NCBI GenBank assembly: GCA_964016885.1
Contig: OZ024747.1
Span: forward strand, 2,170,001-2,234,000
Length of the DNA: 64,000 nt
Reading direction: 5' to 3'
DNA from: Eledone cirrhosa
Taxonomy: Eukaryota
Shown here: positions 42,993 through 57,264 of the stretch, piece by piece
Layout: every line of letters begins with the position of its first letter
How positions within the stretch are numbered: position 1 is the stretch's first letter
Program-made: the position numbers and the translations under genes
The notes under the pieces: generated by a model
Told to the model about the DNA's origin: nothing
The model's database searches: none
Seen by the model: the letters and a program-made list of their open reading frames with translations, nothing else

Positions 42993-43082
42993 TATATAAG
43001 CAAAGGGATATTTAATTTGTTGGTAATTCAACAAATATATATATATTTATAACAGATTCGAAGCACTCCTCGGCAAGCTCTG

Positions 43083-43143
43083 TATTTTATCTGATGAGAG
43101 CGTACCAAAGTTTTGGTACTCTTGAAATATATATAATAGAATA
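43083..43143 (+). ncRNA. Minimal type I hammerhead ribozyme motif
   Basis: Stem I UAUUUUAU/AUAGAAUA; core CUGAUGA at 43091-43097; stem II GAGcGUACCAA/UUGGUACuCUU; GAAA at 43124-43127; stem III AU-[AUAU]-AU; AUA cleavage site after 43135. Confidence 0.8.
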
Positions 43144-43687
43144 AATATGGTTTTATAAATATAGTTTCCATTTATTAATATCATTGATATATATTATATA
43201 TATATATGTGTGTGTGTGTGTGTGAGACCATGGTAAAATGCACCTGTTTCTTACTATGGTTGGTATTAGGAAGAGCATCCAGCTATAGAAATCATGAAGT
43301 ATCATGTGTAGTGAAACAGCAATCAATGAAAGAAAAGGAACCATGAGAAGCATGAGAAAGGATTCAAGTCACATCTTTTATTTAGCATCCTAATATATTA
43401 AACTATATGTTACTGTGCTTGTGTAATTCCTTACTCTCGGTATAACACCTGATTATAAACTAAGTCATGTTGCTGAATTTTAGTTTTTTATTTATTCTTC
43501 TTTATTTCTCTTCTTTTATTCTTCTTTATCCTAGCATAATTTACTGCTCTGTTTTGAATACAATAATTAGTGTAGAGTGTATAGCTTATTGCTCACTGAA
43601 TATCACCTTCATTACATTTATATTACAGTGGAGATATCCTACAGATTTGCTCACAGTTTTTGGAACATAGTTTATTTTTATGTCTTT

Positions 43688-43743
<56 letters not shown>

Positions 43744-44282
43744 CATTGCTGTTCATTTATATCTCCTAATAATCTCAACCATGAGAGATAACCCTAACAA
43801 GAAAGTAAAAAACTCTCTAAAATTTAATTATTTATATCATAGTTTACATATTTTTTCTTTTATCATTTCCTGGTTTCAGTCATGAGACTGCAATCATGCT
43901 AGGACACCACCTTCAAGGGATTTAGTTCATCATAACGATACCAGAATATTTTTTTTTCAAGTCTGAAATTTATTTCATCAATCTCTGTTCGTGCAACTGC
44001 TATGTTATGAGCCATAAACAAGCAGCATTGTTAATACATTCACATTGACACAAACACATACTCAAACATACACAAACACAAACATATACTCAAACATACA
44101 CAAACACACACAAACACATGCACAATCATTATATATATGACTGGTTTGTATACGGTTTCAGTTTACCAAATTTCACTCACAAGACATTGGTCAACCCAAG
44201 TCTATAGTAGAAGAGATTGAACCCAAACACATGAAGTAAATTCCTTAACCATACAGCCATGCCAGCATTTATCTATATAATA

Positions 44283-44556
44283 TATGATGTGTACAGTGCT
44301 CAGGTGCATGTATAGTACATAGAATAATGCACAAATGTCAGGAAAGTGAACAGTGTATGAGTCAAGATATACACACAGACACACATGCATGTGTATGAAG
44401 GGGGAATATCAGGTGTAGTGTTGGTGAATTTCAGGAAGCATGGCCATTTTGAAGGATGCAGTGTTCCAGTAGCTAACAACTGATGCAGATAGTTTGTTCC
44501 ATGCTTCGGCAACTCTGAGTGTGACAAAATGTTTCCGAAAGTAATGGGAACTGTAC
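44283..44556 (-). mobile_element. CR1-type LINE 3' end (same family as 37642-38040)
   Basis: Reverse complement matches about 37750-38030. Confidence 0.8.
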
Positions 44557-45408
44557 TCAATACTTTAAAAACGTACAGTATTGATATTATAAATGTTTTC
44601 TGCCCTATAGTTAAGTGTTTACTGTCGTAAAATGGTAAAAGCTTAACTGCAATGAACATACTAAGGAATATCTATCAATATATCTCATAAGTGTAGACAT
44701 CTAATTTTTTTTCTGAACATGGTGGAACTTGATGTCTCTTGAGGTCACTGCTTGTAACTTGGTGATAACATAATAATAATAATAATAATAATTGTTTCTA
44801 CTTTAGGCACAAGGCCAGCAATTATCCCAGTGTATTACAGGTACTTTATTTTATCGACCCCGGTTTACACAAAGTAAGACATTAAGGACAGTACAGGACA
44901 ATACAGGACGGTACAAATAGGCATTTCTGCATGTAAAAAAAACAAAAACAGAGGATGTAACAAAAAAAGAACAATGAAAAATTCCCCAATAGGAGGGAGA
45001 CTTCCGAGGGCCATCGTGGAAAAAGCGGATTAAAAAAAAAAAAAAAAATAATAATGATGATGATGATGATGATAATAATCTAAGTAGTATCTAAGTGGTG
45101 ATACATCTTAATTCACCAATATAACATTGAGTTTGTATCGTTTCAGACATTGAAATGTTAATTTTATCATATTTATATAATGGCAATTGTTTTATTTCAT
45201 TGCAATCTTAATATTCCAGCTACTTTACCTCTTGGAATCAAACAACTGATGGCAAACAGACAGAGTTATATACAGCTGAAGGCATTTGAAGTTTTAACAA
45301 AGTTAATACTGTTGTCTCATTCTGTAAACATCAGTCTATGGACTTGACACTTTTCACCTGATCAATTACCCTCGAAATATTTCTCGAACATTGCCACACT
45401 TCAAACCA

Positions 45409-45474
<66 letters not shown>

Positions 45475-48365
45475 CATATATTTATGTATGTAAGTATATA
45501 TGTGTGTGTATGTATATATGTATTTATGTATGTGTATGTATATATGTATGTGTGTATGCATGTATTTATATACGTATATACATATGTATGCATCTCACTT
45601 ATGTACAGTCTTACGTTCTATTGAGTTCAGCGGAGAAGTTATCATGCCATTGACACAACTGAAGCACCCTCCCAACCCTTGGTGTGGCAGTCTTTTACAA
45701 CTGTATGCCCTTCCTATCAGCAACCACTTTACAGCATGTACTGAGTGTGTTTATTGTGTAGATCCCCAACATTAAGGAGTCTGTCTTGTCCTTGACATGA
45801 CCGAAACGTTTGGCAACACTATACTTATAATTGAAAGGGCCAACTTTGTCATAACCAGAGCTATGCTGATCCTGCCTCAGGATAATGTTAAGGTTAGACG
45901 TGTTTACCACTTGTACTATAATCCAATAAGAATGTAGTTCCATTGGTGAATCAACTGGAATACTAATTAAAACTAGTTATAAAATACCTTTTAAACACGA
46001 AGACACAAAGCAGGCTTTGTTTATAAACAGCTAGCAAATTTGAAAATTAGATAGTAACTTGTGCTTACGTTGTATTTCATTAATTAATTTGGATTTAAAA
46101 AAGCCCTCTGAATGGAAAAAATGATGAGGATGGACATTGAACAAAAATGTCTTCTGTTGTTTATTTATATTCGTTCTAGTTACTTCCATTTATGTCAATG
46201 TAAAATTTGTCCTTTGCTCTCCTCTGAGGTTGATAAAATAATAAAGACCAGGCAAAAGAGAAAAAAAAAAATGTGACTTTAGAATAGCCACAGTCGAAGT
46301 ACTAAAAATAAATAGTAACAGCTAGTATTATAGAATAGTAATTTCTCTTATTTACTACTACTCCCAGCAAAATACTCTCCAGCTTATCATGCCTGTTAAT
46401 TAAGGTGAGAACATCAGAAATGTCTTTGACCCAGGCACTGTGAATCTTTGCGTCATTGGAGAGAGAGCAAGAGAGCGAGACAGAGAGAGAGGGAGAGAAA
46501 GAGAGAAACTGTTGATCTCTTTCCTTACTACAAAATAATTTATATTTCTGTGATCCAATTTTATTTATTATTGAATGAAAACCATTTCTACTTTCCTCAG
46601 ACTCCAATGTTTCCTTTTCTTATTTCACAACAATGATTATTTTAATAGGAATCAGCAATCTAATCTGTTTTCTGTTATACCATGCAAAACCACAGAGCCA
46701 TCCTAAACACACTTACTTCTAGGAGCATAACTTAGTGGTGAGTATTTTGGACTTACGATCATAATGTCATAGGTTCGATTCCTGGGTTGTGTGTTGTGTT
46801 CTTGAGCAAAACACTTCATTTCACGTTGTTCCAGTATACTCAGCTGAAAATGAGTACCAGTAATAGCTGGAGGTTTAACCATGTGATGGGTTGGCTCCCT
46901 GTCTTGTACTCTCAGTTGCTTAACACCATGGAAAACCGACATAAGCCCTGGTTTGATGAGGTTCCAGGCTTGAGAGGGATTTTAGACTTTTAAACTAAAG
47001 AGGAGTTGCTGTTATATTGTTTGACCTGCAAGAAATAGCAGCCAAATCACTGCTATCACATTCTGCTGTCTTGAATTGATACATTGGTTAAGAATATTGT
47101 AAATATATTGCATTTGAAGAAACAAAAATGAAAGAACTGGAACATCTATCATCGATCATATGTCAACTTGATCATAAGTTGTTCAGAAGATAAACAACAT
47201 AGAACATTGTACCAGGGCTGGGAAACTGTGCATAACCTTTGAATTGCTGGATTTATTCATGAGTGGCTAAGATCTAGTTACAGGCTGAAGACAGGAACAG
47301 AACACGGGAAGAATTTGCTTTTATACATTAAAGTGAGTTTTTCTTGTTATTTAGTACCAGATAAAACCTAATTCAGCTGACATAATTAAAGGCATTCCAG
47401 ACATGACATTCACCATTTATTTTTCAGATATAGTATCTGTATATATAGAACTTTATTATTTTTTTGGCAGAATACCTTTCTTAACACGAACTACTTTAAC
47501 ATTATAGAGGGTAGGATTGCTTGTAAAATATAAGTATGGGTTCTACAATCTTTGGAAAGGTTTTCATGATAAATTAAATTTGGGAAGCATGAATCAATGT
47601 TAAACATAAATCTAACATAATTATAATTTTTCAAACTAATAACTGCAATTTGAGGAATAAAATATTTAAAAATATTTACACATAAGAAGAAGACTTCTTT
47701 ATGTATGGACCTTCCAGAGGAGAAGAGAGAGCATGATAAATAGGAAGTGAGAAAGGGGAAAAATCTACCCTAGTAAATGACTGGTACCTTTTTCAGTGAT
47801 CTTGAATAGATTGACATCTATCGTATATTTTAATTGTTTGTTCATTTACCTGCTACAGATTATAGGTTATGATCATCATCAGCATCATCATACTCTTCAT
47901 CACCATCAACACCACTGTGATCACCATCAACAACACCACCACAACAACACCACCATCCCCCCCACCACCATCCCACCACCACCATCACCATCAACACCAC
48001 CACCATCAACACCACCACCACCACCACAACCCCCCATCCCACCACCACCACACCCCATCACCATCATCACCATCAACACCACCACCACCACAACACCACC
48101 ATCATCACCATCTCAGACATTCTATAGCTGTCTTAATACATTTACAGTATTTTAAGTCTATCCATATCTTCATATTTTCCTTCCAAGTGATTCTTGTTTT
48201 TCCTCTTCTTCTCTTCCCATATATTTCACCTTCTATTAACTTAGTCTCAGTAAACCAATTTTCCTAATTATGTGTCCAAAATACTTTTGTTTCTTCTCTT
48301 GGAATGTTAGAACAGCAATGAAATAAATATACTTATTATTAGAAGAACATTACTAAAAAAAGACA

Positions 48366-48400
<35 letters not shown>

Positions 48401-49042
48401 TGCTCCTGAGAATGTGAGCAAAACAATAGGAAATCTTTGTTCTATTATAAAGTTCTTTTTTTATTTCTAGCAATGTACATAGTACTGGACTGGATTTGAA
48501 CTGGGTACAATTAATATTGCACTCATGAGAGAATAAGTTTAATTGACTATGCCACTGCTTTAAATAATGCAACCAAAACAATAGGATAACTTTACTCTGT
48601 TACAAAGTTTTTATATTTCTAGTTATGTCAGTTACGTATACTGGAGCAACGTGAAATAAAGTGACTTGTTCTTGAGCAAAACTCTTCATTTCATGTTGCT
48701 ACAGCATATTCAGCTGAAAATGAGTACCATCAATAGCTAGGAAGTTAACCCTGCAATAGACTGGCATCCTGTCCAGGGGGAAGTCTTGTACTCTCAGTTG
48801 TTTCATGCCACAGAAACCAGAAGGCACATGACTTAGTGGTTAGAGCATTGGGCTTGCAATCAAAAGGTTGTGAGTTCAATTCTCGGACCAGGTGATGTGT
48901 TGTTTCCTTGAGCAAGACACTTTATTTCCCATTGCTTCAGTTTACTCAGCTGTAGAAATGAGATGATAGGACTGGGATCCCTTTCATTAAATTATCCAAG
49001 ACACCTCCGAGATATACCTTGGAGGAGGCCGGCTAAACCTGC

Positions 49043-49292
49043 ATAGGTGTGAGCTGTCACACAGATACACACACACACATAGGTGTGAGCTGTCACACAG
49101 ACACACACACACACATAGGTGTGAGCTGTCACACAGACACACACACACACATAGGTGTGAGCTGTCACACAGACACACACACACACATAGGTGTGAGCTG
49201 TCACACAGACACACACACACACACACATAGGTGTGAGCTGTCACACAGACACACACACACACACACATAGGTGTGAGCTGTCACACAGACAC
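49043..49292. repeat. 36-40-bp tandem repeat ATAGGTGTGAGCTGTCACACAGA(CA)n, about 7 copies
   Basis: Read directly from the sequence. Confidence 0.9.
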
Positions 49293-49720
49293 AGAAACCA
49301 GGATAAGTACTGGCCTGATGAGTCTTTCAGCTCGAGACAGGCTTTAACTTAACTTTAACTAACATAGAACTAGATTGGATTTGAACTAGGAACTATTATA
49401 TTAATACTACACTAGTGATATAACAGTTTTATCTAATATGTCACTGATATGTGTATAATGTGTTGCAAGCATTATATCATCATAGTGCAGAGGTAAATAT
49501 TGAATAAAAAAAAATTTCATTTCTAAAGTTGAGGTCAAAAGTCTGACAATTGACAATTGCATTAACAATAACTCATCTCAGACACTTTGACATTTAATGT
49601 GAGACATAAGTCTAATGATTCAACAAATTTAGACATTTTTTGAAAGTGAAGCAGCATATAACTCACACACACACATGCACATACATACACACACAGACAC
49701 ACACATACACACACAGACAT

Positions 49721-49757
<37 letters not shown>

Positions 49758-50087
49758 TATACACACAGACACGCACACATGCATACAGAAATACACATAC
49801 ACACTCATAGACACACAGATTCATACAAACACATACAGACACAAACTCACACATACATGCACAGACACACACAGACATGCACATACACCCATCTTCGCAC
49901 ATCCATATGTCATCACCCTCATTATCATCATCATCATCATAATCATCATTGTCGTCATTGTCTTCATTTTTACATCAGCTATTTCTAAGCTTGTATGTAT
50001 TGAGATATATTGAAGTATAGTTTCTAAAACCTGATCCCTTTTTGAAGGCAACAAATAGTTCATTGTCAACTCTATTATATTATCAAA

Positions 50088-50598
50088 GGGCGGTGAATTG
50101 GCAGTACTGGTAGAGGGTCGGACATCATGCTAGGGCGGTGAATTGGCAGTATCGGTAGAGGGTCGGACATCATGCTAGGGCAGTGAATTGGCAGTATCGG
50201 TAGAGGGTCGGACACCATGCTAGGGCGGTGAATTGGCAGTATCGGTAGAGGGTCGGACACCATGCTAGGGTAGTGAATTGGCAGTATCGGTAGAGGGTCG
50301 GACACCATGCTAGGGTAGTGAATTGGCAGTATCGGTAGAGGGTCGGACACCATGCTAGGGCAGTGAATTGGCAGTATCGGTAGAGGGTCGGACACCATGC
50401 TAGGGCAGTGAATTGGCAGTATCGGTAGAGGGTCGGACATGCTTTCCAGCATAGTTACGTCCCTTTACAATCTGAGTTCAAATCCGGCCGAGGTTAACTT
50501 TGCCTTTCATCCTTACGGGGTCGATAAAATAAAGTACCAGTAATGCACTGGGTAATTGCTGGCATTGTGCCTAAAATAGAAACAATTATATTATCAAA
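50088..50598 (+). mobile_element. SINE family B with its 45-bp head repeated about 8 times; 14-bp TSD
   Basis: B-box GAGTTCAAATCC and a tttgcctttcatcc...ggtcgataaaataaagtaccag domain. ATTATATTATCAAA occurs at 50074-50087 and 50585-50598. Confidence 0.85.
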
Positions 50599-52163
50599 CC
50601 CATATGTTGTACGACACAGTACTGCTTATAGAAACCATAGGCAATGTGACCTCTACTGTGTTTTTCTTTTATAAATGGAGTCAATGACATTTTTATTCTG
50701 ACTGTAGTCCACACATACTTGTTCCCATCTTCATCATTTTTACATCCACTTTTCCATGCCGCCATGGTTTTGATGGGATATTTTGAGACAATATTCCACA
50801 GCCAGATGTCTTTTCTGATGCCAACTCTTTTGATCCCTTGTTACAGCAGAGACAAGGGTTACATAATATATATAAATGCATGTATGTGTGGACACACATG
50901 TATCTGTGTGTGCATGTATATATAGACGTTTATATATATATATATATTTGTATGTATGTATATATAAATCTTTTGCCTTTTTCTTCTCCAAAATTACTGA
51001 TGTATTACACGTGTATTTCTAAATTACACGTGTATTTCTAAATTACACGTGTATTTCTAAAAAAAATGTTTCTATTCTTTCCACTTTTTACTCCCGATCT
51101 TTCTATTTCACATTTTATTTCTTATTCTATCTTCTGATGAAGGAATAGTGTCCAAAACTTAAAGACTTTTCCTACTATATCAAGCATTAAACTAATATAT
51201 TTCTTCATTGTAATGTTTTTTGTTTTTTTTTGCTGTTTCAGCTTATATTTTGAATATATATATATTATATATTTGTATATAAGCACCTACCAGCATAAAA
51301 TATGACTTGCCCAATGCTGCCTCTCTACTAGCACTCCTTAATACTCCACTCTACTAGAACCCCTCTAGTAGCTACTCTCACAATCACTACACCCTCTCTC
51401 TAAAAGTCCTCACACACGTGACTACTCCCTATTGGAAGTCCTCCCTCCACTCCTACTCATCCTGTCAAATCCCACTACACTTGCCATACATCTATAACAT
51501 CATATCTTCCTCGTGGTCCCTTCCTAATTACTTTTATACCAAGACAACTTTGCTACACATTACTGTCGGAAACTCCTGCCTTACGTCCTCCTCAATACAT
51601 CTTATTCTGCATCTGGCACCACATTTACACCAATTTGTTTTACACTTTGCAGTTGATCATCGCTGTTTCATATCCAAGGGGGGAGACATAACAAATTTTG
51701 AGATGTTCAGTCAGGGTTAGGGCATGGTGCCCAAAAGGTTGGGAACCACAGGAGAAGCTATCAGAACCAAGCCAACAAAGCATTTTACATAAAAAAAAGA
51801 TTAATTCTGGTCGAACCTACTTTGTGTTGTTAATTTATTTTCTTAAGATTATTTCAGCTATCACAGTTAAGACCATGCTATATGACCATTTTAAGAAGAC
51901 CCAATAGTGGTCACCATGTCTACAGACCAATCTCATGTCTTCAAATGTGCTACAGATATATTATTGAGTTTATCTAGAGAGTACTGAATTCTCTGACTCA
52001 TTTTACTTTGCTTTAGGCACCAGATTTTTCTGACAATATTCAATATTACTTATGAAATTCACAGAGAGATTCAATTTTCATCTGTTTAATATTACTTTCT
52101 CTCCCTCTCTCTCTCTTTTCACTCTTTCTTATTCCCCTAATTCTCTTTCTGTCAACCTCTCAG

Positions 52164-52195
<32 letters not shown>

Positions 52196-52254
52196 CATGT
52201 GTATATATATATATATATATATGTGTGCGTGTGTATATATATATATATATATAT

Positions 52255-52753
<499 letters not shown>

Positions 52754-52949
52754 TTCTAGTGAGGAAGAGGGACGTTAAATGATGATGATGATGATGATAT
52801 ATGTAAACAAAGGCAAATACATAATGTCCCAGATAAAATGAGATGGTCAGTCATCTCATACATAGCTGGACATCCACATAATCACTCATATAAATACAGA
52901 CTTTGATGTATATATTCCCTCCTTTTAATGTCTTTCCACCACTGCCCCT

Positions 52950-53105
52950 CACATCCTCGGAACTCTCTTCCTTCCCATTTTTCTCCTGATGAAGGGTTTA
53001 TGCCCAAAACGTCGCCCCCCCCCCCCCCCTCCACTCTCAAGTGTGAACCTAATACTACACTTTGTACTGCACTCTTTGTTATTGTTTTCTGTTTTAACTT
53101 ACATA
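52950..53105 (+). mobile_element. Penelope-like terminal remnant with a decayed minimal hammerhead
   Basis: CUGAUGA a GGG-UUUAUG-CCC aAAAC GUC, with G12 changed to A. More decayed relatives at about 19905-19990 and 51130-51215. Confidence 0.5.
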
Positions 53106-53616
53106 AATGTGTATATCGTTGTGCATACATACATGTGTGTATGTATGTGTATACATACATGTGTGTATGTATGTGTATACATACATGTGTGTATGTATGT
53201 GTATACATACATGTGTGTATGTATGTGTATACATAAGAGTGTGACAATGAAGGGGTGGGGTTCTGGTGTTCAACTGTAACCATGGGCGTTGCTCTAAGTT
53301 CTCTATGCATATCAAACCAATTTTCCATTTCTTTATGTATTATTGACAAAAATCATCATTAAAGATGTCGAGTATTTCATGGTTTGCTGGGGTTGTACCA
53401 TTGCTGTTAGGAGGAGCATTCAACCGCAAAAGAACTGTTACATTCAATAATGTAAATATATAGTTTTTACAGATTTACACACCATCAAGCAAAAACATTA
53501 TCAATACACATCTGGAAATATATACATACACATACATACATATATACATACATACATATCTATATATATATCAAATGAAGCAACGGAATATGTATATATA
53601 TATACTACATATATAC

Positions 53617-56600
53617 CGGACGAGAATGCAAGGACTCCTCCTCTTTATTTCAGCCGTGGATGGCTAACATAACCCTATCTCCCTCACCTGCGCCCCACCG
53701 TTCCCACCCTCCACACGCAATCCAAAACTTCAGAGTTGGTACCATGAATGTAGGCACCTTAAAGGGTCGCTCTAACGAGGTTGTAGAAATGCTTGAACGT
53801 AAGGAGGTCGATGTTTGCTGTATTCAAGAGACCAGGTGGAGGGGTGGGTCTGCTAGATTCATTGTGGGTAAAGAACGATGCTATAAGCTTTTCTGGGTGG
53901 GAAATGACAATGGGCTGGGTGGAGTAGGAATCATGGTAGCAGAAAAGTGGGCAGATAAGATAATAGACGTAAATAGAGTGAACGACAGAATAATTAAAAT
54001 AAGACTTGTCCTCAATAGAACTACTGTGACAATAATATCTGCGTATGCACCCCAACCCGGACTGCCTGGCGCTATAAAAGACAGATTCTATGAGACATTG
54101 ATGCTCCCTACCTCCCAAATAACCGACAGTGACTACAAAGTTATCGCTGGCGACCTAAATGGTCACGTTGGACAACATTGTGACGGCTATGACAGAATCC
54201 ATAGAGGCTATGGGTTTGGTACTAGAAATGAGGAAGGCTCCAGAATCCTGGAATTCTGTGACACAAATAACCTAACTATCTGTAACACTAACTTCAAAAA
54301 ACGAGACAATCACTTGATCACCTATAGATCAGGGGAACACACCAGCCAGGTAGATTATATCCTTACCAGAAGACGTGACAGAGTGTCTGTTGTAACACTA
54401 AATCCCTCCCCATGAAGAATTCACCTCCCAACATAGACTGATAATTAGCGACCTCATAGTCAGGACGAGACGTACTAGACAGCGGAAGAGGACTACCCTC
54501 AGGAGAAAAATATGGAAGTTAAAGGACCCACAGCCAGTAATAAATTTAAAAGCATATTACTTGATGCTTTTGATAGTAAGGAAGAGTAATTAGAGTCGTA
54601 CAATATAGAGGAACAGTGGGAATTCCTGAAAGCTAACCTGCTGAAGGTGACAGATGAAACCTGTGGCTGGAGCAGACCTATAGGCAGGAGGAGAGTAACT
54701 TGGTGGTGGAACAGTAAGGTGGAGGGGTCAATCAAGGCCAAAAAGCAGGCTTGGAAAGCATGGTGGGATGGGGGAAGTAGAGAAGACTATCAAGTGGCCA
54801 GGAGGGAAGCTAGGAGACAAGTGTACATCGCAAGAAGGGAAGCAGAGGAAAGAAAGTTCAAGCATGTTCTACAATGCGAGGACCAAAAACGTGAGGTCTT
54901 CAGGATTGCAAGGCAATGTGTCAAGGAAAACCGTGATATTGTCGGGGAGAAGTGTGTCCTTAATGATGATGGTCTACTTGCCATCACTGACACTGATAAG
55001 AAAGTAGCTTGGAAGTGTCACTACGAAAGGCTACTAAACGAGGAGAATAATTGGGAGAAAGACAGTCTCCCCCACATCGATCCAATAGAGGGACCAGCAG
55101 TGCAAGTTGAAGGTAGTATAATAAGTAAGGTGATCAAAGACATGAAGACGGGCAAGGCGGCTGGGCCTTCGGAAATAGTTGCTGAAATGCTGAAAGCATC
55201 TGGAACAGTGGGACACACCATGGTCACCCGCATAGTAAACCAAGTCATACAGAATGGGGTCATTCTGAAGGACTGGCGCAGCAGCATTATCATTAACTGC
55301 TACAAGGGTAAAGGAGATGCCCTAGATAGGGGAAACTATAGAGGCATTAAATTAATTGACCAGGTCATGAAGGTCACAGAAAAAGTAATAGCGCAACTAA
55401 TCAGAGAGCGAATTGATCTAGACGAAATGCAGTTCGGGTTTGTGTCAGGTAAAAGTACAACAGACGCTCATTTCATTGTACGACAACTACAGGAGAAGTA
55501 CCTAGCTAAAAGTAAACCCCTATACTTAGCTTTTGTTGACTTGGAGAAAGCCTTTGACAGAGGACCCTGCTCGATTATCTGGTGGGCCCTTAGAAAACTA
55601 GGTGTTGATGAATGGCTTGTGAGAGTTATACAAGCCATGTATAAAGAAACAGTCAGCAAGGTTAGAATTAACAACGAATATAGTGAAGAGTTTAGCATAA
55701 AAGTTGGTGTTTATCAGGGCTCCGCCCTTAGCCCCCCTACTATTTATTATTGCCCTTCAGGCTATAACAGAGGAGTTCAAGACTGGCTGCCCATGGGAAT
55801 TTCTATACGCAGATGATCTAACGCTCATAGCTGAATCAATGGCTGAACTAGAGAAGAAATTCCAAACATGGAAGCATGGCCTAGAATCAAAAGGCCTTAA
55901 AATTAACCTTTCTAAGACTAAAGTTCTAGTTTGTAGGAAGGAAAATAGGGCACTGGTCCCATCCGGGAAATGGCCATGCTCAGTGTGTAGGAAAGGAGTA
56001 GGCAGAAACTCCATTTTATGTCCCAAATGCAAAGTATGGGTGCATAAAAGATGTAGTGGGATCACAGGTAAGCTAACTAAGAATATAGATTTTATATGTG
56101 GCCGGTGCTCAGGTGCAATAAGTAGCAGCAAGTGCCCACAAGATACTAGCTCATTCCATTGCACAGATGGTTCTATAGAAATAGTGGACACGTTCCGTTA
56201 CCTGGGTGACAAAATCAGCAGTGGTGGAGGGTGCTCTGAAAGTACAGTAGCTAGAGTCAGAACGGGATGGAAAAAGTTCAGAGAGCTTATACCACTATTG
56301 GCCACTAAAGGGTTCTCTCTAAAAATGAAATGCAGGCTGTATGATGCCTGCATACGAACAACAATGTTACATGGCAGTGAGACTTGGGCATTGTGTGCAG
56401 AGGATATACGCAGACTGGAGAGGACCGAAGCTTGCATGCTCCGTTGGATGTGTAATAGTAATATACGTGAACGGCAAAGCATAAATGAACTAAGGGAGAA
56501 ATTAGGAATAAGAGGAATCAGATGTTGTTTACTCGAGAGAAGACTACGTTGGTATGGTTACGTGATGCGCATGAAAGACGACAGCTGTATAAAAAAATGC

Positions 56601-57131
56601 AGCGCGATAAAAATAGACGGCAGCTACAGAGTAGGCAGACCCAGAAAAAGTTGGGACAACTTGATAAATTCCGACCTCACACACTTACATCTCTCCAAGA
56701 CAATGTCACTGGACTGAGATCTTTGGCGCTACACAGTAATACAGAAGACCCGCCTTGCCTAAGTACAAAGTGAAACCTACAGTTAGTAGGCACCTCTAAC
56801 AAAAATACACCCCCGCCCCACTACCCCCACCCCATTCAATGTAAAGTTATGTTGGTACCACAACATCCAGTCCTAAACAAATGAGGTCGTGTAGGTGTCA
56901 CGACAAAAAAACACACAGTCCACGCTGTAATGTGGCCGTGTAGGTAACACGGTAAAAACCTCTCAGTCCACACTGTAAACGTGGTTGGTGTTAGGAAGGA
57001 CATCCAGCAGTAGAAAACCCGCCAGACAGTCCTATACTAGCAGGACAACCAATCTTGCCTCAAGTGGGAAACTCCTGTCCAAACCCATGCAAACGTGGAA
57101 GATGGACGTTAAACGATGATGATGATGATGA
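53617..57131 (+). mobile_element. Near full-length RTE-clade LINE with disrupted ORF (APE endonuclease, RT, Cys/His finger)
   Basis: Endonuclease motifs GTMNVGTL, CIQETRW, SAYAPQ, AGDLNGHVG, VDYIL. RT motifs QFGF, FVDLEKAFD, GVYQGSALSP, YADD. Stops and frameshifts at about 54415-54590, about 55735 and 56715. Ends in a (GAT)n tail. Confidence 0.95.
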
Positions 57132-57230
57132 TACATACATCTCTTTCTAGGGAGTACCCTGATTACATTTTTGTAGCACCAGCACTAGGGAGTTTACAAG
57201 TCATAGACTTGACTGAAGAGCCCCCACCTA

Positions 57231-57264
<34 letters not shown>

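Noticed and set aside
49312-49343. CUGAUGAG...CUCGAGAC hammerhead-like string
   Set aside because: GAGA in place of GAAA and no stem III or cleavage site. It is a stem-loop in a SINE tail.
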